Shown piece by piece: positions 8,692 to 18,470 of a stretch of 64,000 bases of DNA. The notes under the pieces were generated by a model, which did no database searches, was not told the DNA's origin, and worked only from the letters and a program-made list of their open reading frames with translations. The stretch covers positions 2,645-66,644 of the forward strand of contig CAJUII010000006.1 of the NCBI GenBank assembly GCA_910586405.1, written 5' to 3'. The translations under genes and the position numbers were made by a program. The stretch is from an uncultured Lachnospiraceae bacterium. Lineage in GTDB: Bacteria > Bacillota > Clostridia > Lachnospirales > Lachnospiraceae. The stretch's first letter is position 1. Each line of letters starts with the position of its first letter.

Positions 8692-9363
8692 CTATGCCTC
8701 CTCATCCTCCTCTGGAAGTTCCAGCTTGCTGACAGAGACCTCATAGGCAATCCGCTTCTCAAGTTCCTCATCCGACAACTTTTTCATGTACTCCCTTGAC
8801 TGGATGCGCCCCCACACCAGACAGCGCTCTCCCACTTCGAAATTGGAAGCGTACCGGGCATTCCTTCCCCAGCAGATACAGGGAATATAATCAGACTTGC
8901 CGTATGGACGGTTGACTGCCAAAAGCAGATCCGCGATCTCGCGGCCAAGAGGAGTCTTTCTATATACAGGTTCCTTGCAGACAAAGCCGTCAAGGAATAT
9001 CTGATTCGTTTTGATATTCTCACTGATCTCCTCCACAAATTCAATCTCCCTGGCAAATACAGAGAGGACCAGTTTATTTTTGTGCTCCTCATGTCTGTTG
9101 TAGGAACGGAACTGACCGTTCACCACTACCATCATCCCTCTATAGTCCCCATTTACGTCGAGCAGACGCTCTGAAATCATCACTGGTATGATGTCCATGG
9201 ACTCAGACAGTCTTGCCACCTGAATATCGACCATATAAAAGCCCTCGCCAAATATTTCATGGCTGAATGAGAACTCGCTTACGATCTCGCCCATCACTGT
9301 CACCTGATTGTTTTCAATCACCTGCTCATGATACCCATTTTTTGTCTTTAATGTTTCTTGCAT
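8692..9363 (-). CDS. ssb: Single-stranded DNA-binding protein with tandem OB folds
   Basis: FSHEIFGEGFY, GQFRSYN, RKTPLGREIADL, SDYIPCICWGRNA, GRIQSREY. Confidence 0.85.
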   Translation of the reverse strand: MQETLKTKNGYHEQVIENNQVTVMGEIVSEFSFSHEIFGEGFYMVDIQVARLSESMDIIPVMISERLLDVNGDYRGMMVVVNGQFRSYNRHEEHKNKLVLSVFAREIEFVEEISENIKTNQIFLDGFVCKEPVYRKTPLGREIADLLLAVNRPYGKSDYIPCICWGRNARYASNFEVGERCLVWGRIQSREYMKKLSDEELEKRIAYEVSVSKLELPEEDEEA

Positions 9364-9461
9364 TATTTTATTCTCCCTTCGTTCTTGTAGTTAAATCATA
9401 TGCTACTTTATACAGATTATAAAGCATTTTTTATCGCAAAATATCTGAAAAAACTACTTTT

Positions 9462-9478
9462 TTCGACATATTTCGACC
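9462..9478 (-). promoter_or_regulatory. Tandem Spo0A boxes (TGTCGAA, GGTCGAA)
   Basis: One exact TGNCGAA and one 6/7 match, 10 bp apart, upstream of ssb. Confidence 0.55.
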
Positions 9479-9653
9479 ATATATAGCAGGTATCTGTATC
9501 CAAATACGCCGTAATTTGCGACTTGCCGTAGAAATATTCCTTACAGTTTCGCACAGAACCCCTCATTTTGCAACAATGTTTATGAAATTTTCACAGTCTG
9601 CGCGTCGTGATACTCTGTGTTGGAAAATGTTCGTCGGAAATTTTTATTAAACA

Positions 9654-9682
9654 TTGCAAAAAATATGGACAAGTGCTATACT
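9654..9682 (+). promoter_or_regulatory. SigA promoter of typA
   Basis: TTGCAA-17-TATACT with extended TG. Confidence 0.65.
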
Positions 9683-9735
9683 ATTTTAGTTTTGAGGAGA
9701 AAGAGCACTCATGTTATCTATTATGGAGGAATTAT

Positions 9736-11568
9736 ATGATACAGAAAAGAGAAGATGTCAGAAACGTTGCGATCATTGCCCATGTAGACCACGGCAAGAC
9801 CACTCTGGTAGACGAACTGCTAAAACAAAGTGGCGTATTTCGCGAAAACCAGGAGGTCGCTGAGCGTGTCATGGATTCCAATGACATTGAGCGGGAGCGC
9901 GGCATCACTATATTATCCAAAAATACAGCTGTTATGTACAAAAATACAAAAATCAATATCATTGACACCCCTGGTCATGCAGACTTCGGCGGTGAGGTCG
10001 AACGTGTCCTCAAGATGGTAAACGGCGTCATCCTTGTCGTTGACGCATTCGAGGGCGCTATGCCCCAGACAAAGTTCGTTCTCAGAAAAGCGCTGGAGCT
10101 CAAGCTGCCTGTTATCGTGTGTATCAACAAGATCGACCGACCTGAGGCGCGTGCAGCCGAAGTCGTAGACGAAGTACTAGAACTGTTTCTGGAGCTGGAT
10201 GCAGACGATTCACAGCTAGACTGCCCCTTTGTGTTTGCCTCCGCCAAATCTGGTATTGCGACACTGGAAGAAGATGGCGCCGGTGTTGACATGACCCCCT
10301 TATTCGAGACAATCCTCGATTACATTCCAGCGCCGGAAGGAGATCCCGACACTGGCACACAGGTTCTGATCAGCACGATTGACTACAATGAATATGTAGG
10401 GCGTATTGGCGTCGGCAAGGTGGACAACGGCACAATCGCTGTCAATCAGGAGGTCATCATCTGCAATCATCACGAACCGGACAAACAAAAAAAAGTAAAG
10501 GTCAGCAAGCTCTATGAATTTGATGGTCTTAATAAAATAGAAGTAAAGCAAGCCGGCATCGGCTCCATCGTCGCCATATCAGGCATCGCTGATATCCATA
10601 TCGGCGATACGCTCTGCGCTGTTGACCATGTGGTTCCTATTCCTTTCCAGAAGATTAGCGAGCCCACCATTGCGATGCAGTTTATCGTGAACGACTCGCC
10701 GCTTGCCGGACAGGAAGGAAAATACGTGACCAGCCGCCATCTGCGCGACAGACTTTTCCGCGAACTCAACACGGATGTATCGCTGCGCGTCGAGGAGACA
10801 GAGAGCGCGGATTCGTTCAAGGTATCGGGGCGCGGCGAGCTGCACCTGTCAGTACTGATCGAAAATATGCGGCGTGAAGGCTTTGAATTTGCAGTCAGCA
10901 AAGCGGAGGTTCTATACAAAACTGATGAAAATGGTAAAAAGCTTGAGCCGATGGAGCTTGCCTATGTAGATGTTCCCGAGGAATTTTCGGGTACTGTCAT
11001 CGAGAAGCTCAGCCAGCGAAAAGGAGAGCTGCAAAACATGGGAAAGGCAAGCGGCGGCTATGCCCGTCTCGAGTTCTCCATTCCCTCGCGCGGACTGATC
11101 GGTTATCGCGGCGAGTTCATGACCGACACCAAGGGAAACGGCATTCTAAACACCACCTTCAACGGTTATGGTCCCTACAAGGGCGATATTCAGTACCGCA
11201 AGCAGGGGTCGCTGATCGCATTTGAGGCTGGCGAGGCGATCACCTACGGCTTATACAACGCACAGGAACGCGGTACATTATTTATTGGTCCCGGGGAGAA
11301 AGTCTACTCTGGCATGGTCGTTGGCCAGAACGGGAAAGGCGAAGATATTGAACTGAATGTGTGCAAGAAAAAACAGCTTACGAACACACGTTCTTCAAGT
11401 GCGGATGAGGCGCTTCGACTCACACCGCCCAGAATTTTGAGTCTTGAACAGGCACTCGATTTCATCGACACAGATGAACTTCTCGAAGTCACGCCGGACA
11501 GCCTGCGCATACGCAAGAAAATTCTGGACCCCACCCTCAGGAAACGGGCTGGAATGAAAAAAAACTGA
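9736..11568 (+). CDS. typA: Translational GTPase TypA/BipA
   Basis: AHVDHGKTT, DTPGHADF, NKID, SGRGELHL; GGAGG RBS. Confidence 0.96.
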   Translation: MIQKREDVRNVAIIAHVDHGKTTLVDELLKQSGVFRENQEVAERVMDSNDIERERGITILSKNTAVMYKNTKINIIDTPGHADFGGEVERVLKMVNGVILVVDAFEGAMPQTKFVLRKALELKLPVIVCINKIDRPEARAAEVVDEVLELFLELDADDSQLDCPFVFASAKSGIATLEEDGAGVDMTPLFETILDYIPAPEGDPDTGTQVLISTIDYNEYVGRIGVGKVDNGTIAVNQEVIICNHHEPDKQKKVKVSKLYEFDGLNKIEVKQAGIGSIVAISGIADIHIGDTLCAVDHVVPIPFQKISEPTIAMQFIVNDSPLAGQEGKYVTSRHLRDRLFRELNTDVSLRVEETESADSFKVSGRGELHLSVLIENMRREGFEFAVSKAEVLYKTDENGKKLEPMELAYVDVPEEFSGTVIEKLSQRKGELQNMGKASGGYARLEFSIPSRGLIGYRGEFMTDTKGNGILNTTFNGYGPYKGDIQYRKQGSLIAFEAGEAITYGLYNAQERGTLFIGPGEKVYSGMVVGQNGKGEDIELNVCKKKQLTNTRSSSADEALRLTPPRILSLEQALDFIDTDELLEVTPDSLRIRKKILDPTLRKRAGMKKN

Positions 11569-11585
11569 TCGTAACCGATTTGCTC

Positions 11586-11625
11586 CCCCTGCATATACTA
11601 TAAAAAACATATGCAGGGGCTTTTT
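11586..11625 (+). terminator. typA terminator overlapping the next gene's promoter and RBS
   Basis: CCCCTGCATAT / ATATGCAGGGG perfect 11-bp stem followed by CTTTTT. Confidence 0.7.
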
Positions 11626-12888
11626 ATGTCTGATATCAATAAAGCCGAAACCCCGGCTTACTCTGGAAATTTAACCTTAAACGTCACATCATCGCTGGGC
11701 TTTATCCCTATAAATAATGCCACCATAACCATCTCCTACTCCGGTGATCCCAACACTGTTGTGCAGACCCTGAACACAAATGAATCCGGCAATACGGAAA
11801 CGATTGCACTCCCCGCACCCAATCTTTCTTACAGTACACAGATCAGTGATGTACAGCCCTACTCGGAATACAATATCTCTGTCACCGCGCCTGGCTATGA
11901 ACCAGTCTATATCTCTGGTACAGAAATTCTTCCCGATGTCACGGCGGTACAGCCAGTCAGCATGAACCCGCTCGAAGTAGAGCCGCCAGGAGAGACTGAG
12001 GAGGACATTGTGATACCCGACCACACACTCTACGGCGAATATCCGCCGAAAATTCCTGAGGATGAGATCAAACCGATGGACGAGAGCGGCGAGATTGTCC
12101 TGAGCCGTGTCGTCATACCAGAGTATGTCATCGTGCATGACGGCCTGCCTCAAGACTCCTCCGCACCCAACTATTATGTCCGGTATACAGACTACATCAA
12201 AAATGTCGTATCGTCTGAAATCTATGCGACATGGCCGGAGAATACCATCTATGCCAATACGCTGGCGATCATGTCCTTTACATTGAATCGAGTGTATACA
12301 GAGTGGTACCGAAATCAAGGCTACAACTTTACCATCACTTCCTCCACCGCCTATGACCAGAAGTGGATTCACGGCAGAAATATTTATGAAAATATCAGCC
12401 GCATCGTGGACAGCATCTTCTCCAACTATCTGTCTCGTCCGGGTGTGCGTCAGCCGATTTTTACCTCATACTGCGATGGGAACCGCGTGACCTGCTATGG
12501 TCTCTCCCAGTGGGGCAGCAAGTATCTGGGCGATCAGGGATACACACCAATAGAAATCATCCGTTATTATTACGGAAATGACATGTATATCAACTCCACC
12601 ACCTATATCTCCGGCGTGCCTTCCTCCTGGCCTGGCTATGACCTGACAATCGGCTCCTCTGGTCAGAAGGTACTGCAAATGCAGCAGCAGTTAAACCGCA
12701 TCGCCCAGAATTATCCTGCCATTCCCCGCATCGCAGAGGATGGTATCTTCGGACCTGCGACTGCCGAGGCAGTGCGGACATTCCAGCGCGCATTCGGCCT
12801 GCCCCCCACCGGAATCGTAGATTACCCCACATGGTACAAAATCTCCGAAGTTTTTGTGGGCGTATCACGCATTTCTGAACCGGGATGA
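11626..12888 (+). CDS. sleC: Spore cortex-lytic enzyme SleC-like (SpoIID/LytB domain plus PG-binding domain)
   Basis: PEYVIVHDG, DYIKNVVSSEIYATW, TSSTAYDQ, LSQWGS, DGIFGPAT..AVRTFQ. Confidence 0.85.
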   Translation: MSDINKAETPAYSGNLTLNVTSSLGFIPINNATITISYSGDPNTVVQTLNTNESGNTETIALPAPNLSYSTQISDVQPYSEYNISVTAPGYEPVYISGTEILPDVTAVQPVSMNPLEVEPPGETEEDIVIPDHTLYGEYPPKIPEDEIKPMDESGEIVLSRVVIPEYVIVHDGLPQDSSAPNYYVRYTDYIKNVVSSEIYATWPENTIYANTLAIMSFTLNRVYTEWYRNQGYNFTITSSTAYDQKWIHGRNIYENISRIVDSIFSNYLSRPGVRQPIFTSYCDGNRVTCYGLSQWGSKYLGDQGYTPIEIIRYYYGNDMYINSTTYISGVPSSWPGYDLTIGSSGQKVLQMQQQLNRIAQNYPAIPRIAEDGIFGPATAEAVRTFQRAFGLPPTGIVDYPTWYKISEVFVGVSRISEPG

Positions 12889-12916
12889 TTTCCATACAGG
12901 ATATATGGGCATCCTT

Positions 12917-13567
12917 CTACACAAAATAATACACCCTTTCTATCTCCTCGATTTCCGCACGCGCGCTTGTCGCCTCCACAATCTCCTTGCACAGACGGTC
13001 ATACGCCTCTATCGGTGCTATGACCGTCATCTCTACGTCCGCCGCATAAACACTGTCCTCTATCTCTATTTTCCCGCTGGCAAGAATATACTGAATCTTC
13101 CCTACTGCATTGTAATCTGCCTTGATTTTAACCCTGACACCAAAATGCTGTCTAGCGGTCTCACACCGTTCAAGTGCCTCCTTCAATACACCCGAATACG
13201 CCCGCACCAATCCGCCTGTCCCTAAGAGCGTTCCGCCAAAATACCTTGTGACCACTGCCGCTGCATTTCGGATGCCGCTTCCGAGCAGCACCTCCAGCAT
13301 AGGGCGCCCCGCTGTACCGCTCGGCTCCCCATCATCGCTGCTTCTGGTAATCTGTGCCCTGTTTCCGATCACAAACGCAGAACAATTGTGTCTGGCATCA
13401 TAGTACTTCTTTTTCATTTCCTCTATAAAGGCTGCTGCCTCCTCCTCACTCTCCACAGGACGCACTGTCGCGATAAAGCGTGATTTTTTCTCCACCAGCT
13501 CTGCCTCCGCCCCTTTTGTAAGGAGCACAAAATCCTCATACGCCTGATTATTTTTGTCTTTTTCCAT
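12917..13567 (-). CDS. yigZ: YigZ/IMPACT family protein
   Basis: EKKSRF, HNCSAF, SDDGEPSGTAGRP, VTRYFGGTLLGTGGLVRAY. Confidence 0.92.
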   Translation of the reverse strand: MEKDKNNQAYEDFVLLTKGAEAELVEKKSRFIATVRPVESEEEAAAFIEEMKKKYYDARHNCSAFVIGNRAQITRSSDDGEPSGTAGRPMLEVLLGSGIRNAAAVVTRYFGGTLLGTGGLVRAYSGVLKEALERCETARQHFGVRVKIKADYNAVGKIQYILASGKIEIEDSVYAADVEMTVIAPIEAYDRLCKEIVEATSARAEIEEIERVYYFV

Positions 13568-13748
13568 CTTCAACCTCCATCCATAACCATTGTTTTTTTC
13601 TCATTATATCATAAACAGAGACTGTATAAAATCTAAAATATCTGTCAAGACTGTTAAAAAATCCTTTATTTACCGATAGTAATTTGTTATAATGAGTAGT
13701 ATGAATTTTTACATAATGTATTTAGCAACTGTTTTCGGAGGTGATTTT

Positions 13749-16400
13749 ATGAATTATGGGAAAAGAGGAATCTCGAAAGTCCAAAAGTCCCTGACTTCAA
13801 AAACCATAAAATTCAAAAAATTGTTCTTTGTCACCGCACTAAAGCTCGTGCTGGTCGGTGCACTGTCTGTCATGATCGTCGGGGCCTGTTTCGGCATAGG
13901 CGCATTCAAAGGAATCTTAAGTTCGGCGCCCGATATCGATCCAGCAGCAGTTCTTCCGCAGGGATTTGCCACTGTCGTCTATGACGCCAAAGGCAATGAA
14001 CTGACAAAACTCGTGGCTGCTAACTCCAATCGTAGTTATGAGAAGATGGATCGGATTCCTAAGCATCTTGCAAATGCCTTTGTCGCGATTGAGGATGAGC
14101 GCTTTTACAGCCACAATGGCATCGATATCCGCGCAATCCTGCGCGCCGCTTTTGAAGCGATCCAGAATTTTGATCTCACACAGGGCGCATCCACTATCAC
14201 ACAGCAAATTATCAAAAACAATGTTTTTGACGACTGGGTGAATGAGGAAACTATGCAGAAGATCAAGCGTAAGATTCAAGAACAATATCTTGCGATCGAG
14301 CTTGAGAAAAAAATGTCCAAAGATCAAATACTGGAAATTTATATGAGTACGATCAATCTTGGTCAGAATACGCTGGGCGTAAAAGCTGCTGCACTGCGCT
14401 ACTTTAACAAACAGCCTTATCAGCTTACGCTCTCTGAAAGTGCTGTCATTGCTGCCACCACATCAAATCCATCAAAATTCAATCCTATATCCCATCCTGA
14501 AAAAAATGAGGAAAGACGTGAGATCGTCTTAACTAAAATGAAAAACCAGGGATATATCTCACAGGCTGAGTATGATGAAGCGATGGCCGATGACGTGTAC
14601 AGTCGCATACTGGCAGTTAATGAAGAAATCGTGGACAATAATTCCGTCTATACATACTTTGTAGACGAAGTTACAAAGCAGGTGCTGGCTGATCTAAGTG
14701 AGATTAAGGGCTTTAATGAGACACAGGCGCACTGGCTCCTGTTCAGCGGCGGTCTGAGCATCTACACAACCCTTGACCCTGAGATTCAAGCAATCTGCGA
14801 TGAAATCTATGCAGATGAGACAAATTATCCTGAAACAGTCAAGTGGTATTTAAATTACGTACTCACAATCAAGAAAGCAAACGGTGAGAAAGAGAATCAC
14901 AGTACTGAGATGTTCAAGGCATACTACAAACAGCAGAATGCCTCCTTCAACCTGCTCTATGATACCAAGGAAGATGCCTATGCAGCCATCGAAGCATACA
15001 AAGATGCAATGATGTCCGAGGGCGATCAGGTAGATGGCGAACGCATCTCACTGACGCCGCAGCCACAGGTTTCCATCACAGTTGAGGACCAGTCAACAGG
15101 CTATGTTGTAGCAATGATTGGCGGACGCGGTGTCAAGGAAGCAAGCCGGACTCTGAACAGAGCTTCCAACACCACCAGACAGCCAGGCTCTACCTTCAAG
15201 GTAGTATCGACCTACGCTCCTGCGCTTGACAGCGCTGGTCTGACCCTCGCCGACGTGCAGAACGACGCTCCTTTTAACTACACTGGCGGCCGCCCTGTCA
15301 AAAACTGGTGGGGAAGCAACTACCGAGGGCTTTTGAGTCTCCGGTATGGCATCGCACAGTCGGCAAACATTGTCGCCGTCAAGACACTCACACAGATTTC
15401 GCCCCAGCTTGGCTTTGACTATCTGCAACACTTTGGCTTTTCGACACTGGTCGAAAAGCGCGTTGAAAAAGATGGCTCTGTAGTATCCGATATCGGTCAA
15501 CCACTGGCACTTGGCGGTATTACAGACGGCGTCACCAACATGGAGCTCAACGCTGCCTATGCGGCGATTGCCAATCAGGGAACCTATATAAAACCAAAAC
15601 TTTACACGAAGATCGTAGACCATGATGGCAATGTCCTAATCGATAACACAGCGCCTGAATCAACCCAGGTCATCAAAGAGTCTACCGCCTGGCTGCTCAC
15701 CAACGCTATGGTTGATGTAGTCACCAGTGGTACTGGCGGCTCCGTGAACTTTGGTAATATGGCGATCGCCGGCAAAACTGGCACAACCTCTGATTATAAA
15801 GATGTATGGTTTTCAGGCTATACCCCCTATTATACGGCTACTACCTGGACTGGATATGACAACAACGTCAGCATGAAGACCTCTGCCGAAAAGAATCTGT
15901 CAAAGACAATGTGGAAAAAAGTCATGACAAGGATTCATGAAAACCTTGAATACAAATCCTTCCCCATGGCAAACGGCATCGTCACTGCCTCCATATGTTC
16001 CAAATCGGGCCGCCTGCCCATTGCAGGCGTATGCGACGGCTGTGTCAAGACAGAATATTTTGCGGAGGGAACCGTTCCAACAGAATATTGTGATGCACAT
16101 TACTTCTCAAACATTTGTCAGTATTCAGGACTTACAGCTGCCGAGGAATGTCCTTTCAAACAGGCTTCAGTCATCGAACAGGTGCCCACACGGCTACAGG
16201 ATGGCAACCTGGCCACGGCACTCACCTCCCTTCCAGAAACACAGACGGCACAGAATACTCAAATGTGTCCTCACAATAGTATCTTCTTTGCGGCGCCAAA
16301 TGCCCAGGAAGTTTTACAGCTCCAATTGCTTGAAATGCAGCAGCGAGCAGCAGCTACTGCCGCTCCGCCGCCAAACGAACCGATTTCCGACACGGATTAA
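13749..16400 (+). CDS. Class A penicillin-binding protein 1A
   Basis: EDERFYSHNG, GASTITQQ, RKIQE, STFK, SAN, KTG; GGAGGTG RBS. Confidence 0.93.
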   Translation: MNYGKRGISKVQKSLTSKTIKFKKLFFVTALKLVLVGALSVMIVGACFGIGAFKGILSSAPDIDPAAVLPQGFATVVYDAKGNELTKLVAANSNRSYEKMDRIPKHLANAFVAIEDERFYSHNGIDIRAILRAAFEAIQNFDLTQGASTITQQIIKNNVFDDWVNEETMQKIKRKIQEQYLAIELEKKMSKDQILEIYMSTINLGQNTLGVKAAALRYFNKQPYQLTLSESAVIAATTSNPSKFNPISHPEKNEERREIVLTKMKNQGYISQAEYDEAMADDVYSRILAVNEEIVDNNSVYTYFVDEVTKQVLADLSEIKGFNETQAHWLLFSGGLSIYTTLDPEIQAICDEIYADETNYPETVKWYLNYVLTIKKANGEKENHSTEMFKAYYKQQNASFNLLYDTKEDAYAAIEAYKDAMMSEGDQVDGERISLTPQPQVSITVEDQSTGYVVAMIGGRGVKEASRTLNRASNTTRQPGSTFKVVSTYAPALDSAGLTLADVQNDAPFNYTGGRPVKNWWGSNYRGLLSLRYGIAQSANIVAVKTLTQISPQLGFDYLQHFGFSTLVEKRVEKDGSVVSDIGQPLALGGITDGVTNMELNAAYAAIANQGTYIKPKLYTKIVDHDGNVLIDNTAPESTQVIKESTAWLLTNAMVDVVTSGTGGSVNFGNMAIAGKTGTTSDYKDVWFSGYTPYYTATTWTGYDNNVSMKTSAEKNLSKTMWKKVMTRIHENLEYKSFPMANGIVTASICSKSGRLPIAGVCDGCVKTEYFAEGTVPTEYCDAHYFSNICQYSGLTAAEECPFKQASVIEQVPTRLQDGNLATALTSLPETQTAQNTQMCPHNSIFFAAPNAQEVLQLQLLEMQQRAAATAAPPPNEPISDTD

Positions 16401-16496
16401 CCAATGAACCGAGCTGACATATCTCACGCACGTGTGCTGTCAAGCAGGGAAGATTCCTTTTCCTGCTTGACGCGCGGGGCGTCGTCAGCGTACAGA

Positions 16497-16580
16497 CACA
16501 ATAAGAGCCAGGTGAAAACCTGGCTCTTATCGTATATTTTCTTATGAGGGGGGAGATAGTGAGTGCTTCAACTATCTGTC
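16497..16580 (-). ncRNA. Candidate small RNA with C-rich anti-SD segment
   Basis: -10 TATAGT at 16585-16590; 5' hairpin AGATAGT..ACTATCT; CTCCCCCCTCATAAG; terminal hairpin. Confidence 0.45.
16501..16530. terminator. Bidirectional terminator hairpin
   Basis: ATAAGAGCCAGGT-GAAA-ACCTGGCTCTTAT perfect stem. Confidence 0.85.
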
Positions 16581-16596
16581 TATTACTATACCCAAC

Positions 16597-16615
16597 AAAT
16601 GTGTCAGAAATGTGT
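16597..16615. promoter_or_regulatory. Direct repeat AAATGTGT x2 with 11-bp period (OmpR/PhoB-family-type site)
   Basis: AAATGTGT-CAG-AAATGTGT occupying the -35 region of the minus-strand promoter. Confidence 0.45.
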
Positions 16616-16670
16616 TTATTTCATAAAAATAAGATAATATTTCTTAACAAAGGATAAAACGCTTTTTTAT

Positions 16671-18470
16671 TTACTGATAATACTTCATAACCATCTGCAA
16701 AGACACATTCCCTCTATATTCATTGATATCAGGATAATACACGACAGACAGGACAATCTCCTCACCCGCATCTTGTCCTCCTGTTCCAGTCCGATACAGC
16801 CTGTCCAGTGCTGCGGTGCCATATTTTGCTGCCACATACGCATGAAATCCCTCGATTTCACCAAAATAAATTAAGTCATATCGCCTCCGATTTTCGTCCT
16901 CCACCACATACTTACCCACATTGCGGTTGGCGCCAAGCACCTTTCCGCTCACAAACCGCACATTTTTCTGCGCAAACTGCGGCTTGGGATTTCCGTTTCC
17001 AAAGGGCTCTAGCTTTTCAAGCTCTGCAATAAACTCAAAGCTCGCATACGCCATCGGCATCGGTACATCGATCAGGACCTTCTCCTCAAAATCTTCCTCC
17101 GTAAGGTTACAGTTCTCATTGAGTCTGCGGCGCAGCTCAGGCACATTCTCCTCGTCAAGCGACAGCCCCGCCGCCAGCTTATGACCGCCATATTTGGTGA
17201 ACAGCTCCTTGCATTTTGTCAGTTCGTCATACATATGAAATGCATCGATTGAGCGCCCAGATCCTTTTACCCCCTCCTCTGCCCTCGTGAGCACAAAGAC
17301 CGGTTTACAGTACTTCTCACGGATTCTGCCCGCTATAATGCCAGCAAGGCTCTCATGCACTTCGGGCAGATACACCACGAGCACCCTGTCGCTAGCTAGT
17401 CCCGTCTGTTCGATTTGAGCAACCGCCTCCTCGACCCCCTTCAATGTGAGTTCCTTTCTGCTGTCATTCATGGCTTTCAAGTCGCCTGCCAGCATTGCAG
17501 CTCTATCAATATCAGACGTCTGAAACAGCTCCAGCGCATTGAGTGCCGTGTCAAGTCTTCCTGTCGCATTGAGGCAAGGACCGAGCACAAAGCCAACAGT
17601 ATACGGCTTAATGTGCGCCGGGTCTGTCCCTGTCGCCTGTATTAATGCCTTTAAACCCATATTTCTCGTATTTGCCATCAGTGCCAAGCCACTCTTTACA
17701 ATAATGCGGTTCTCATCCCGCAGCTCCATCACATCGCCAATTGTCGCAAAAGCTGCAAATTCCAGCAGTTCCAGACCAATCTCCGACACCATCACATGCT
17801 GCCAGTCCGTGTGCTCCTGCTCGGCGATCAGTGCCAGCATAAGCTTGTATGCCACCACCGCACCGCATATCTCTGGAAAAGGATACGCACAGTCTTCCTG
17901 TTTTGGGTCCACGACTGCACTTGCACGCGGCACTCTGTACTGTCGCTTTCCGTCCACTTCATCGTAGGGAACCTCGTGATGGTCTGTCACGATCACAGTC
18001 ATGCCCAGCGCATTTGCCATCTCAATCTGTTCATAGGCGGCGATGCCATTGTCACAGGTGAGCACAGTATCAGTACCTGCATCATAAGCTTCCTGTATCA
18101 GATGCTCATTTAAGCCATACCCATCACGGATTCTATGGGGAATCGCACTGTCCACCTGTGCACCGCACGCTGTCAGTCCTCTGAATAATATATATGTAGA
18201 GCAAATCCCATCAATATCATAATCCCCGATAATGCGTATTCGTTTTGCCGCTGCAATCTTTTCCCGCAAAAGCTGCACTGCCCTGTCCAAATCCTTTAAA
18301 AGTCTAGGCGCATATAAGTCCTTCTGTGTACCATTCAGGAATTTGTCGATCTCTCTGTCCTCTATCACATCTCTGTTTCTAATAATGCGGGCAAGCACTG
18401 GACTGATATGATATCGCTTTGCAATCGCATCGAAATCCGCCCGCTTTGCGGCTACCATCCATTTACTCAT
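16671..18470 (-). CDS. recJ: ssDNA exonuclease RecJ
   Basis: GDYDIDG, TCDNG, TDHH, NATGRL, GSGRS, GGHKLAAG. Confidence 0.95.
   Translation of the reverse strand: MSKWMVAAKRADFDAIAKRYHISPVLARIIRNRDVIEDREIDKFLNGTQKDLYAPRLLKDLDRAVQLLREKIAAAKRIRIIGDYDIDGICSTYILFRGLTACGAQVDSAIPHRIRDGYGLNEHLIQEAYDAGTDTVLTCDNGIAAYEQIEMANALGMTVIVTDHHEVPYDEVDGKRQYRVPRASAVVDPKQEDCAYPFPEICGAVVAYKLMLALIAEQEHTDWQHVMVSEIGLELLEFAAFATIGDVMELRDENRIIVKSGLALMANTRNMGLKALIQATGTDPAHIKPYTVGFVLGPCLNATGRLDTALNALELFQTSDIDRAAMLAGDLKAMNDSRKELTLKGVEEAVAQIEQTGLASDRVLVVYLPEVHESLAGIIAGRIREKYCKPVFVLTRAEEGVKGSGRSIDAFHMYDELTKCKELFTKYGGHKLAAGLSLDEENVPELRRRLNENCNLTEEDFEEKVLIDVPMPMAYASFEFIAELEKLEPFGNGNPKPQFAQKNVRFVSGKVLGANRNVGKYVVEDENRRRYDLIYFGEIEGFHAYVAAKYGTAALDRLYRTGTGGQDAGEEIVLSVVYYPDINEYRGNVSLQMVMKYYQ

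Noticed and set aside
16559..16657. Plus-strand GTG micro-ORF after GAGGGGGGAG
   Set aside because: Lies just downstream of a terminator with no promoter seen; minus-strand sRNA architecture explains the region better, though this is not formally excluded
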